64,000 bases of DNA from NCBI RefSeq assembly GCF_009914755.1, contig NC_060947.1; one strand, written 5' to 3'. The notes beneath the pieces are model-generated. The model worked only from the letters and a program-made list of their open reading frames with translations. It did not search any database and was not told where the DNA came from. Origin of the DNA: the human T2T-CHM13v2.0 reference genome, Homo sapiens. Each line of letters starts with the position of its first letter. Positions within the stretch are counted from its first letter, which is position 1. This document shows positions 31,145 through 45,092 of this stretch, one piece after another. The translations under genes and the position numbers were made by a program.

Positions 31145-32755
31145 TTTTTTTTTTTTACAGGCTTTCTACTTGGATTTTTATTTTTATTTATTTATTTATT
31201 TTTATTATACTTCAAGTTCTAGGGTACATGTGCACAACGTGCAGGTTTGTTACATATGTATACATGCACCATGTTGGTGTGCTGCACCCATTAACTAGTC
31301 ATTTACATTAGGTATATCTCCTAACACTATCCCTACACCCTACCCCCACCCCATGACAGGCCCCGGTGTGTGATGTTCCCCTTCCTGTGTCCAAGCATTT
31401 TCTCTGTTCAATTCCCACCTATGAGTGAGAACATGCAGTGTTTGGTTTTCTGTCCCTGCAATAGTTTGCTCAGAATGATGGTTACCAGATTCATCCATGC
31501 CCCTACAAAGGACATGAACTCATTTTTTATGGCTGCATAGTATTCCATGGTGTATATGTGCCACATTTTCTTAATCCAGTCTATCATTGTTGGACATTTG
31601 GGTTGGTTCCAAGTCTTTGCTATTGTGAATAGTTCCACAATAAACATATGTGTGCATGTGTCTTTATAGCAGCATGATTTATAATCCTTTGAGTATATAC
31701 CCAGTAATGGGATGGCTGGGTCAAATGGTATTTCTAGTTCTAGATCCTTGATGAATTGCCACACTGTCTTCCACAATGGCTGAACTAGTTTACAGTCCCA
31801 CCAACAGTGTAAAAGTGTTCCTATTTCTCCACATCCTCTCCAGCACCTGTTGTTTCCTGACTTTTTAATGATTGCCATTCTAACTGGTGTGAGATGGTAT
31901 CTCATTGTGGTTTTGATTTGCATTTCTCTGATGGCCAGTGATGATGAGCATTTTTTCATGTGTCTGTTGGCTGCAAAAATGTCTTCTTTGAGAAGTGTCT
32001 CTTCATATCCTTCACCCACTTTGTGATGGGGTTGTTTTTTTCTCATAAATCTGTTTGAGTTCATTGTAGATTCTGGATATTAGCCCTTTGTCAGATGAGT
32101 AGATTGCAAAAATTTTCTCCCATTCTGTAGGTTGCCTGTTCATGCTGATGGTAGTTTCTTTTGTTGTGCAGAAGCTCTTGAGTTTAATTAGATCCCATTT
32201 GTCAATTTTGGCTTTTGTTGCCATTGCTTTTGGTGTTTTAGACATGAAATCCTTGCCCATGCCTATGTCCTGAATGGTATGGCCTAGGTTTTCTTCTACG
32301 GTTTTTATGGTTTTAGATCTAACATTTAAGTCTTCAATCCATCTTGAATTAATTTTTGTATAAGATGTAAGGAAGGGATCCAGTTTCAGCTTTCTACATA
32401 TGGCTAGACAGTTTTCCCAGCACCATTTATTAAATAGGGAATCTTTTCCCCATTTCTTGTTTTTGTCAGGTTTGTCGAAGATCAGATGGTTGTAGATGTG
32501 TGGTATTATTTCTGAGGGCTCTGTTCTGTTCCATTGGTCTATATTTCTGCTTTGGTACCAGTACCATGCTGTTTTGGTTACTATAGCCTTGTAGTATATT
32601 TTGAAGTCAGGTAGAGTGATGCCTCCAGCTTTGTTCTTTTGGCTTAGGATTGTCTTGGCAATGGGGGCCCTTTTTTGGTTCCATATGAACTTTAAAGTAG
32701 TTTTTTCCAATTCTGTGAAGAAAGTCACTGGTAGGTTGATGGGGGTGGCATTGAA
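31145..32755 (-). mobile_element. 5'-truncated L1PA5-like insertion with a 3' transduction
   Basis: TSD gattttgtaattctt (31130-31144; 32756-32770). ORF2 C-terminal ORFs 32012-32788 and 31408-32064 are split by a frameshift. Confidence 0.92.
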
Positions 32756-35700
32756 GATTTTGTAATTCTTATTGTAGAGATCTTTCACCTCATTGGTCAG
32801 CTGTATTCCTAGGTATTTTATTCTTACTGTTGCTATTGCAAATATGCTTGAGTTCTTGATTTGGCTTTTACCTTGGATGCTTTTGGAGTATAGGAATCCT
32901 ACAGATTTTTTACATTAATTTTGTATCCTGAAACTTTACTGAAATTCTTTATCAGTTGAAGGGCATTTTGAGTCAAGACTAAGGGGTTTTTCTAGATATA
33001 TAATTATGTGATCTGCAAAAAGGGAGAGTTTGACTTTCTTTTTTCCAACTTGGATGGCTTTTATTTTTTTCTCTTGCCTGATTGCTCTGGCTAGGACTTT
33101 CAGGACCATGTTGAATGGGAGTGATGAAAGGTGGCATATTTGTCTTCTTCTGGCTTTCAAGGGTAATGCATCCAGCTTTTGCTTATTCAGTTTGATGTTG
33201 GCTGTGGGTTTTTAATAGATAGCTTTTATAATTTTGAAGTATGTTTCTTCAATTTCTCTTTTGTTGAGGGCTTCAAATGTGAAGAGATGTTGAATTTATC
33301 AAAAACTTTGTCTGCATCTATTGAGATGATCATGTGGTTTATGTTTTTAGTTCTATTTATGTGATAAATAACCTCTGTTGATTTACATATGTTGAACCAA
33401 CCTTGCATCCCAAGAATGAAGTTTACTTGATCCTGGTATATTAGCTTTATGATGGGCTGCTTGACTTGGTTTGCTAGTATTGTGTTGAGAATTTTCGCAT
33501 CTGTGTTCATCAAGGATATTGGCCTAATGTTATCTCTTTTTTGTTGTGTCTCCAGCAGGTTTTAGTATCAAGATGATGCTGGCCTCATAGAATCAGTTGA
33601 GAAGGAATCCCTCCTCCTCAATTATTTGGAATAGTTTGAGTAGGATTGGTACAAGCTCTTCTTTATACATATAGGAGAATTTTGCTGTGAATCCCTCTAG
33701 TCCTGGGCTCTTTCTGGTTGGCAGGCTTTTTATTACTGATTCAATTTTTGGAATGCATTCTTGGTCTGTTCAGGGATTCAGTGTCTTTCTGGGTCAGTCT
33801 TGGGATGTAGTGTGTGTCTAGGAATTTGTCTACTTCCTTTAAGTTTGTGTACTTATGTGCATAGAGGAATTCATAATAGTCTCTATGGGGTTTTTTTGGT
33901 TTGTATTTCTATTGGATTAGTGGTAATATCTGCTTTTTCATTTCTGATTGTGTTTATTTGTATCATCTCTCTTTTTTCTTTATTAGTTTAGCAAGAGCCA
34001 ATGGTCTAAATATCTTATTAAGTTTTTAAGTACCAGCTCCTGGGTACTTATAAAATATATATTTTTTTGCATCATAATTTTCTTGATTTTAGCTCTGATT
34101 TTGGTTATTTCTTCAGCTAGATTTAGATTAGTTTTCTTTGTTTCTCTAGGTTCTCTAGACATAGTTAGGTTGTTAATTTGAAGTCTTTCTAATTTTTTGA
34201 TATAGGCATCTAGTGCTATAAAGCTTTTTCTTAACACTGCTTTGGCTGTGTCTCAGAGATTCTGGTATGTTTTATCTATTCTCTCATTAGTTACAAAGAA
34301 TTTCTTAATTTTTGACTTAATTTCATTAATAACTCAAAAGGCATTCAGGAGCAAGTTGTTTAATTTTCATCTAGTTGTATGATTTTGAGCAATTTTCTTA
34401 GGGTTGATTTCTATTCTTATTGCATAGTGGTCCAAGAATGTAGTTGGTATTTTAAGCTTTTTTTTATTTAATAATCTGAGGATTGTTTTGTGTCCAATTG
34501 TGTGGTTGATTCAAAGTGTGTATCATGTGGTGATGAAAACGATGTTTATTCTTTTGTGTTTTTCATGGCGAGTTCTGTAGATGTCTATCAGGTCCATTTG
34601 ATAAAGTATTAAGTCAGGTCCTGAATATTTTTGTTGATTTTCAGCCTTGATTATCTAATGCTGTCAGTTGGGTATTGAAGTCTCTAATTATTATTGTGTG
34701 AGAATCAGTATTTTTGTAGGTCTCTGAGAACTTGCATTATGAATCTCGGTGCTCCTGTGGTGAGTGTATTTATATTTAGGATATTTAGGTTTTCTTTTTG
34801 AATTGAATCCTGTACCATTATGTAATGCACTTCTTTATCATTTTTGGTCATCTTTAGTCTTTGTTTGTTTAAAGTCTGTTTTGTGTGAAATTATGATAGC
34901 AAATCCTGCTGCTTTTTGTTTTCCATTTGGTTGGTAGATTTTTCTCCATTCCTTTATTTGAGCCTATGAGTGTCATTACATGTGAGATGGATCTACTGAA
35001 GACAGTGTACTATGGGGTTTTGCTTCTTTATCCAACTTGCCAATGTGTGCCTTTTAACTGAAGCATTTAGCACATTTACATTCAAGGTTAGTATTGGTGT
35101 GTGTACATTTGATCATGTCATCATGTCGTTAGCTGGTTTTATGAGATCTATTTGTGTGATTACTTTATAGTGTCACTGGTCTATGTACTTAAGTTTGTTT
35201 TTGTAGTGGCTGGTAATGGTCTTTTAAAAATATTTAGCACTATTTTCATGACCTCTTGTAAACCAGGTCTGGTGGTAACAATTTCTTTAGCATTTGCTTT
35301 TTTTAAAAGGATCTGATTTCTCCTTCACTTATAAAGCTTAGTTTGACTGAACATAAAATTTTTTGTAGAAAATGCTTTTCTTTAAGAATGCTGAATATAG
35401 TCCCCCAATGTCTTCTGCCTTGTAGGGTTTCTGGTGACAGGTCTGCTGTTAACCTGATGGGGTTTCCTTTGTAGGTTATCTGCTTTTCCCTTCTGGCTAT
35501 CTTTAACACTTTTCTTTCATTTCAAACTTGGAGAATTTGGTTACTATGTGTCTTGAAGACAATCTTCTTGTGTAGTATCTTGCAGGGCTTCTCTGTATTT
35601 CTTGAATTTGAATGTTGGCCTCTCTAGCAAGGTTGGGGAAATATTCATGGGCAGTATCCTGAAATATGTTTTCCAAAATCGCTTGGTTTCTTTCCCTGTC

Positions 35701-38094
35701 TCTGAGGCACATCGATGGGTCATTAAATGGGTTTGTTTATATAATCCCATATTTCTCAGAGGTTTTGTTAATTCTTCTTTATTGCTTTTTTCTCTGAGTT
35801 ATTTCTGATAGCCAGCCTTAAAGCCCTGAGATTCTTTCCTCATCTTTGTCATTTCTGCTGTTGACATTTGTGACTGCATTATGAAATTCTTATAGAGTGT
35901 TTTTCAGCTCTATCATATTAGTTTCATTCATTTTTTATGATGGCCATTTTGTCTATCAGCTCCTGTATAATTTTTTTTGCAATCCTTAGATTACAATAAA
36001 ATTCCTTGGCTTGGGTTTCATTTGTCTTCTGTATGTTTATGATCTTCATTCCTGTCCATATTCTGAATTCTATTTATGTCACTTCAGCCATGTCCACCTG
36101 GTTAGGAGCCATTGCTGGGATACCAGTGAAGTCATTTTGAAATAGAAGACACTCTAGCTTATTGAGTTACCACAGTTTTTGCGCTAGGTCTTTCTCATCT
36201 TTGTGGGCTGATGTTTCTTCAATCTTCGAAGCTGCTGACCTTTGGATTTTTTTAATTATTATTTTATTTGATGTCCTTGTGGGTTTCATTGTGGTATAAG
36301 ATAGGATAAGTTGACTGTATTCATTTCTGGAATATTTTCTTGAGCCAAGGTTCAGTTCAGGACTCTTGGACTGCATGTTCCAACTCTGTAGGACTGTCAT
36401 TGGCCCCCCAGCTTTGTGCTGTGTCCCTTGGAGGTTAGGAACTTTCCATGCCACACTGGAGTGGCCATATTTTTCCCAGACCTCTGATCACAACACCCCA
36501 ATGTGTGGTGCCAGCCACAGGGCTTCATAGGTTGGTAGCAAAGGGACTTATCCTTGTTTTCATGTGCCAGTGGCAGTGGCAGCACAGTGAGGTGCATGCT
36601 CATTGGCTTCAGTGGGGAGCTGGCAGGTGCACAGGTGCCAGATGCCTTGTAGTCATTCACAATGACAGTGGTGGCAGCATTATGTAGCGGGATAGGGGCC
36701 TTGCTGCTGTCTGTATGTTTATTTGCACCAGAAATGGTGTTAGCACAGGGGTGGTGTGCCGGCTGGCACAGGACCGTGTGTGCTTTCATGCATGTATTCA
36801 AATTGGCAGCAGCTGCTGCTAAGTTTGGGGGTTTGTCTGCAGGTCTTTCTGAGTAGTTTTGCACTGGTGGCAGTGTTAACATGGGGACGGGTCACTGGCA
36901 GTCATGCAGCTGTCAGTCTCCATGCTCATAAAGGCTCTGATGGCAATGAAGGTGCATCAGGGGAGTGGGGTTGTGTGCACTAATATCAACAGCTATGACA
37001 TAGTGGGGTGCACATACATGTGCACAAGCAGGGAAGGGGTGGTGAGGTCTACCTGCATGCATACTCACTGGCAAAGCAATGGTGAGGGTGGCTGTGGGCA
37101 AGTGCCTGCAGGCAAAGAAGCTCAGGGGAGGATGTGGTGGGGAGACAGAATGTATGGGCTGGTGCACATCCATGGGAGTGCTCTACTGGGCTCTCCATCA
37201 GTCAAGTATGGCTCTCCAGCACACAAGCTATAACGTGGGCCCCCAAGACGCATCCTATCTGGGCATCTGAGGCAGCACTGCAAGCAGGTGTGGACAGTCT
37301 GAGGCAACGGGAGAGGCCAGCAGACTGAGGGGTACTCAGGTCAGACCAGCCCCATTTTGTGGGCAAGACCACCCTTCTGTTTGGGTTCAACAATTTCCCT
37401 TGGGCTAAAGTTTCCTACGGGAGCAAGGCAAGCCTTTGAATATTGGCACCCTGGCTGTGCTCCAATACAGATGCTCCCACACTAACCCCTCTGGGCTCAG
37501 TACTAGGTAGAGTTCTGCTCCCACCACTTCTCTATGCAGCTTTACCTGCCAGCTCAAGTGGCCTTGAGGATCATGGACTCTCCTAATGGCAGATTTGCAG
37601 AGACCAATGGCAATAGCCAGTTTCTTCTTGCCTGCACAACCCACGCTTTCCCGAGGAGTCACTGGGGGTTAGGAATGAGTCCTGGTGCATGTTAGTCCCA
37701 TGCAGGATTTCCAGCTTCCTCCCACTTTAGCCCACCATCTGTGTATTCCCTTTATACACTTTCAATGCCTTCCTTCTGAAGATCTTCTGGGAGTTTGCCA
37801 GTCTTTTCAATGTCCTGGTTCCTCGGTGGCAAATGTTACTCCCAACTGCATCTAGTAGACCATTTTGCCTCTGAGTCATATGCATATCTGATTTCTCCCT
37901 CTGATGTAGAAAATACCTTTTAAACATTTTTAACTGGGCTACTCACTTAGTTATTATTGAGTTTTAAGAGGTTTTTGTATATTTTGCTTAATGGTCATTT
38001 TTCATATATCTTTTGCAAGTATTTTCTCCCAATCTGTGGTTTTTACTTTCATTCCCTTGATGGTGCCTTTCACAGAACATAAGTTTTTATTCAA

Positions 38095-38353
38095 AGAGAA
38101 TTGGGTCCAGGACATTCTGTACATAGCTAAATTTCTCCATACTCAAGTCTCATAGTGGGCCCTGTGGAACCCACACTTACAAAATTTGGCCTTCCATATA
38201 TACAGGTTTAGCACCTCACAACACCATATTTTTATTAATTTTTGGTTTTAGACGCAGAACCTGCTAACACAGAGGGCCAACTATATTTATTGAAAAACAT
38301 TGTGTATAAATTGACCCACTCATTTCAAATTCATGTTGTTCCAGGATCAACTG
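38095..38353 (+). mobile_element. MER8/Tigger2-type DNA transposon MITE
   Basis: 'ttgggtccaggac..actcaagtc..ccctgtggaaccc..tgttgttccaggatcaactg'. Confidence 0.75.
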
Positions 38354-41300
38354 TGTAATGAAGTCTAGTTACCATGGATCATATTTTTGGTGTCGTATCT
38401 AAAATGCAATTGCCAAACACAATGCCATCTAGATTTTTTTCTCATGTTATCTTCTAGGAGTTTAGTTTAATAGTTTTGCATTTTACATTTAGGCCTACAA
38501 TCCGTTCTGAGTTAACTTTTGTGAAACACACACAGTCTGTGTCTAGATTCTTCTACTTTTTGCTCTTCTTGTTCTTGTACTCTTTGAGGGTAACTGACAT
38601 ATCCTTGAGAGGGCATATTTCTAGGCTTTCTATTCTTTTCCATTGATCTATTTGTCTATTCTTTTCCCAGTATCACACTCTCTTAATTACTGAAGATTCA
38701 TAGTAAATCTTGAAATTAGATAGTGTCAGATCTTTAACTTTGTTCTTCTCCTTCATATTGTATTGTCTATTTTTGATATTTTGCCCCTCCCTATAAAATT
38801 TAGAATAATTTTGTCAATATCCAAAAAAGGTAACATACTGGGATTTTGATGGGAATTGAGTTAAATCTGTAGATCAAGTTTGGAAGAATTCACATCTTGA
38901 CAATACTAAGTTCCTATGTATGAGCATGGAATATCTCACCATTTATTTAGTTAATTGATTTCATTTATCAGATTTGTTTTAGTTTTTCTCATGAAGATCT
39001 TGTACACAGTTTGTTAGGTCCATACCTAAATATTTCAGTTTGGGGACTACTGGTATGTACAATACTGATTTTTTTTGTTTGTTTTTCAGCTAACTTTCTG
39101 TTGTGATTTCTTGTGTAATTTCATCATCATCCAAGAGCATACATTATATAATCTGTATTCTTTTAAATTTTATAATTTAAATTTCATAAAATGTGTTTTA
39201 CGGCCCAGAATGTGAACAATCGTGGTGACTATTCCAGGGGTGCTTGAGAATTATGTGTATTCTCCTGTTGTTGGATAAAGTGGTCTAAAGATGTGGATAA
39301 TTTCCAGTCGATTGATAATGCTGTTGAGTATAAATATGTCCTTATAAGGTTTTTGTCTGTTGTTTATCTCCATTTCTGAGAGAGCAATGTTGAAGTCTCT
39401 AACTATAATAGTAAATTCATCTATTTCTTCTTGCAGTTTTATCCATTTATGGTTCATGTGTCTTGTGCCCTTTAGGCACAAAAATGTTAAAAATTGCTAT
39501 GACTTCATGTATAATTGATCTCTTTATTATTAGGAAATACATTGTTTTAATTTCTAATAATTATATTTTCTCTAAAGTATGCTGTCTAAAATTAATATAA
39601 CTATTCCCACTTGATTACATTTAGCATAGTATACCTTCGCCCACCCATTTACTTTTAAAATATATGTGTCTTTATATTTAAAGTGTATTACTTATAGACA
39701 ACATGTAGTTGAGTATTGTTTTGTGATCCACGCTGACAATATCTGTCTTTTAATTGGATATTTTAATTGGATTATTCAGGCCACTGATATTTAAAGTAAT
39801 CATCAATATAATTAGACTAACATCTACCATATTGGCTACATTGTCTTTGTTCTTATTTTTGTCTTCCACATTTTTATGCTTTCATGGTTTATTGAGCACT
39901 TTATATGATTGCATTTTCTCATCTTTCTTAGCATAACAATTACATTTCTTTTCTTGGTTTCTCTTTTTTAAGTCATTGTCCTGGAGCTTGTAACGTATAT
40001 TTGCAGCTAATCTAAATTCACTTTCAAATAACACTATACTGGTTCATAAGTCATGCAAGAGACTTATAATAACACAGTATTCCTAATTATTCTATCTCAT
40101 TCCTTGTGTCATTACTGTCAGTGTTTCACTAACACATAAGCTAAAATTATGAATACATTGTTGCCCTTATTATTTTTAACAAACTGTTATCTGTTAGATC
40201 AAGTAAAAATAAGAAATGTAAAAGTTTTTGGTTTGCTTTCTCTTACTTATTTTCCACCACTCTTCCTTTCTTTATGTAGGCCAAAGCCTCTGACTCATGT
40301 AATTTATTTTCTCTCAGACCAACTTTGTTTAACATTTATTGCAAAGAAGGCCTACTGGTAGTAAATTCTCTCAAATTTTGTTTGACTTAGTTTTTATTCT
40401 CCTTCACTTTTGAAGAATAATTTTGCATGATACAGAATTCTGGGTTGGTGGTTTTGTTTTGTCTCTCTTAATCCTTTAAATATTTTTCTTTATTATTATT
40501 ATTTTTTGCTTGCATAGTTTCTGAGAAGATGTTGGATATAAGTCTAGTCTTTACTTCTGTATAGGTAGTAACTATTTTGCTTTTAAGATTTGGAAGTTTC
40601 TATTGACGTAGTTTTAAGATCGCAGATTCTTTCCTAAGCTGAACTGAATCTACGAATGAGCCCTTCAAAGGCATTCATTTATCTTATAATTTTTACCTTT
40701 AAGATTTATTTTTTATTCTTAGAATTTCTATCTCTCTGCTTACATTACTTATCTCTCATTGCATGTTGCATACATTTTCTGTTAGAGCTCTGAGCATATT
40801 AATGATAGTTTTGTTTAATGTTCCTGGTCTCATTCTTCTAACATTTTTGCAATATCTGAATATTGTTCTGATTTTTACTTTTTGTCTTCAAACTGTGTTG
40901 TTCGCCTTTTTGTATGTCCTGTAATCTTGAATAGAAGCTAGAGATAATGTGCTAAGTAAAAGGAATTGTGGTAGGTAAGAATTTAGTGACGCAGTGGTAT
41001 AATGAAGTAGGGGTGAAGTATCATTCTATAGTCCTATGGTTAGTCCTCAGTCTTCTAGTGAGCCTATTCACTGAGCCACGAACCTTAGAAGTGTTTCACA
41101 GTCCCAACTCCCACTTATGTGGGACTAGATGGGGTAGAGAGGGGTTGAGCTGAGTGTTTCTCTTCACCCAACTTGGTTCAATTCTCATAAAACCCCCATT
41201 AAGTTAGACTCAGGTAAAAAAAATTTTTTTGCACACAGGCCTTGTTTAGAATAACAGAATGGGAAGGCGTATTTACAAATGGTTATTTTCATCCTCTTGC

Positions 41301-42749
41301 TTCAGGAAGCATGAGAAGATTTTTCTGCACTCTTCACTGTAAGAACTACTACAGTGTCTGGAGTTGAAAGTCATAAAAATTTTGGTATACCTCTAAGAAG
41401 AGGCCCTCCTGCAGTCTTCAGTTCTCAGACTGAACTTTCAGAAATTTGTTAATTGTAGTTCAAGTTTTCTCCCCTGGTACTTGTTCCAGTTGAAGTTTTT
41501 CTCATCAGTTTCTGCTCAAGTAAGCTGTGGCTTACTGTATACACCTGTCTATCCCTTCAATTTTGGTGACACAAATTTTCCCTGTGATGTCAATGCTCTG
41601 ATGGATCTAAAAAGAGTTTTGTTAGTTTTTTAGTTTGTTCAGTTTTTCGGTTGTTAGGATGGAGTGATCACTTCCAATATCCTTACATGCTGGACTGAAT
41701 ACTGAGGTTCCTGAATTTTCCTTTTCCTATAAACTATAATTTTATTATTTTCTATATAATTATTTTTTACTTTGTTGCCCTGAGTTTTTAAATTATTTTC
41801 AAGAAAACACTTAACTGTAGGCAGACCACCAATTATGTCTATATTCACATATAATATCGTAAACTTTATATTCATCTTAAGTAGTTAACTACATTTAATA
41901 TGTATTCATCACTGGATATTCCATTTTAACTGTAGTCTTGTAGTATATTTATGTACAAATAATTATTTTATAAAGTGGAAAACATTTGCTATTGTACTAT
42001 GTAAACTTAATTTCATCTATTTCATCTAATAATAGCTTATTTTGATGTTGAGAACTTGTTTATTGTTACATCAAAGCAACTGGAACAGCATGTGACATAA
42101 AATTTCACTTGATAAATATCTATAAGCAAATAAACAAGGAATAGAGATAGTATGTGTTTGTTACAATTCTTTGAAGTTTAGCTAAGAAAAGAACGAGGTT
42201 GTACAGTAGAGGTAGTACTAGGTAAAAAAATAATGTGTAATTTGATTGTTTTGGGGTATTTTTGCATAAGAACCCCTTTATAGAATGAGAAATAGTAGGG
42301 AAGAAATTGTTAATAATATAGAAGACAGAGATGATTTATAAGAGTAAAAGATCCAGAGAAGAGAGAAACGTAATAAAATTATTGAAAAATATTAAGGAAG
42401 TGTGGCCATATACTGACTTTGATAGAGTTTGAGAGTGTGTTTGACAATAGTGGTGCACTTCTGGAATAGTGGGTGCAAGTACTTTCCCCACAAAATTTTT
42501 TATTTAGTCTTTGCATATTTTAATTATTTAAGAAAAGCATTAAATAAAAAACGAAGTAAAACACACAGGCAAATAAACAAATAAATACTGTCCCTGTCCA
42601 CCATAAAATATGTTTTGGAATTCACTTCTGGGATGTTTATTTTGTATTTTAAAAATTGTTCTTAACTCTGTACCACAACTCACTGCTTAAATTATTAACT
42701 TTATAGCACATTTGAATATCGTGGTATGATAGAATTGTTTTAATTTATT

Positions 42750-43030
42750 TTCCTTTTCAAAAATATTTTGTCTAGGCCTGATCATTCTCCCAGATAAAGG
42801 TTAAAATGATTATTTTAATTTTCATTAAATTAATGAAGAAATATATACAGAGAATTAACGTTTAGCAAATATTAAATTATTCATTCTAAAAAATAATGCA
42901 TTCTTTTATATATTTTGGTCTTATTATATTTCCTTCAGTAAAGTTTTTGAGTTGTCTTCAAATAGACCCTGAACATCTTTTGTAATACTTATTCCTAGCT
43001 ATTTTTTTATTGGTATTAAAAATAGAATGA
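42750..43030 (-). mobile_element. Very old L1ME-like ORF2 remnant, apparently resuming at about 46365-46620
   Basis: Degenerate 'ttccttcagtaaagttttt..tcttttgtaatacttattcctag' matches antisense ORF2. Confidence 0.45.
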
Positions 43031-43699
43031 AAACAACAACAAACAAAAAAAAGTATTGGTCACAGCTGTGGAAGAGGCCAAGATGGCTGACTAGAAGCTG
43101 CTATTGTAGGCTGCTGTCAGGAAAAGAAAAAATAATGGTGAGTAATTCCTCGATCTTAAACTGGAACATCCAGGTGAACACATCAGGATTTATCAAGAAA
43201 ACAACTTGACCCAGAGAGAACAGAGAGGAGCAAGACAGGATGACTGCCCACCCAGAGGTACCACAGTGCCAGGGGAGGCTTCTCCACCCTGGGGAAAAGT
43301 GAGTGAGTGAGAGTTCCTGGGGACCCACACTTCTGCCATGGACCTTTGCAACCCTGGGCTCAGGTGATCTCCCCATGTGCCCCTTCCACTGGGACTTCCA
43401 GACTGACACGGAGAGCTATATGGAGTCTAGGCAGTCACCACTCATGCACACTGGGAGTCCTGGGAGCCTTAAACCCCCAGACATCCGGTCATTTGTGGCT
43501 GCTGCGCCAGCAGTGAGGGAGGCCAGGGTCTCTTGCATGCCCCCAGGGGACGGGCTGAATCCAGCTGACTGAGCAGTGACAGAAAGCAGGCCTTGCCTCT
43601 ACTGCATCTCGCAGAATAAAGCCTACTGGCCTGGACCTCCCGCCACCCCACATCTGCACTCACCAGCTGGTAGCAGATCTGCACTCCCCTGGGATAGTG

Positions 43700-44800
43700 C
43701 TCCTAATGGGAGAGACTAGCCGTCATTTTTGCCATGTCACAGCCCCCACTGTTACAGCCTTCAAGCTCTAGATTAGGAAGTAGCACGAATCTCCAGCACA
43801 GCACAGCCATCCCATGGAAAAGCAGCAAGACTATTTTTTTTTATTTTCTTTTTTTTCCACAAGTCCTCAATTCTGCTTTTTCTCAGTGGGCAGAACCCCC
43901 AACCTGGGAATCCAGCCACCTCATGCCAGTAGCAACTTTGTACCTCCCTGAGACAGCTCCCAGAGGGAGAAGCTGACCGCCACTTTGCTATCTCTCAGCT
44001 CCCACTGCTACAGCCTTCAGTCTCTGGAGAGTATGCAGCGACTAGAGAGTGGCACGAATTCCCAGCACAGTGCAGCCATCCCGCAGAAAAGTGACCAGAC
44101 TGTTTTTTATGTGAGTCTGGATCCCGCTTCTTCTCACAGGGCAGGATCCTCCCCTCAACGTGGGACTCCAGCCACCCTCGCCAGAGCTCTCAGAATGGTA
44201 TGAGTTCTGATCTTCCCTGAGACAGAGCTGCCAGAGGGAGGGGCTGACCACCATTTTTACTGTCTTGCTGCCTCCATTGCTACAGCCTTCAGGGTCTTGA
44301 TTATACGTGGTGGTTAGGAATTGGTGTGGGTCTCCAGCACAGTGCAGCCATCCCACAAGAAAATGGCCAGACTGTTTTTTGTTTTGTTTAGTTTTTGAAG
44401 GTTTCTCATCCTGCTTTTCCTCACTGGGTAGGACACCCTGACCTGAGACTCCAGCAACCCCCCATTTAGGCTCTCCAGACAGTAGTAACTCTGATCATCC
44501 CTGGGACAGAGCTTCCAGCGGGGGAGGCTGGCGGATTTTGTTGTCTCACAACCTGCCCCATTATATCCTTCAAGCTCTGGAGAGTACCTGGTGATTACAG
44601 AGTGGCATGAATCCCCAGCACACTGCAGCCATACATGGAAAAGTGGTTAGACTGTTCCTTATGTGGGTCCCTAATCCCACTTTTCCCTGGGTGGGTCCCC
44701 TATCCTGGGATTATAGCCACCCCTCACCAGAGCTCTTGGGCTGGTAGTAGCTCTGCACTTCCTCGCAATGGAGCTCCCAGAGGGAGAGGCAGGCCTCCGC
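43700..44800 (+). repeat. About four diverged tandem units of about 260-280 bp in the L1 5'UTR
   Basis: Recurring 'tacagccttca..ccagcacag(t)gcagccatccc..aaag..ccagactgtttt..ctcccagag' near 43750, 44010, 44280 and 44565. Confidence 0.8.
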
Positions 44801-44808
44801 CTGCCTGA

Positions 44809-45092
<284 letters not shown>

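Larger units (their letters stand above)
29085..37912 (-). mobile_element. Full-length L1PA15/16-like element with two nested insertions
   Basis: Perfect 21-bp TSD ataccttttaaacatttttaa (29064-29084; 37913-37933). ORF1 remnants at 35303-35712, ORF2 remnants, and a GC-rich 5'UTR ending 'tctagtagaccattttgcct'. Confidence 0.9.

Noticed and set aside
32012-32788. 258-aa ORF as a novel protein
   Set aside because: It is a chance in-frame fusion across the TSD of host L1 ORF2 and the inserted L1PA5 ORF2.
36167-37927. Cluster of overlapping ORFs on both strands
   Set aside because: The GC-rich L1 5'UTR has few stop codons, and I recognise no protein motifs.
43700-44800. CRISPR-like repeat-spacer array
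   Set aside because: The units are long, diverged and homologous throughout. There are no unique spacers or cas genes, and the context is eukaryotic L1.
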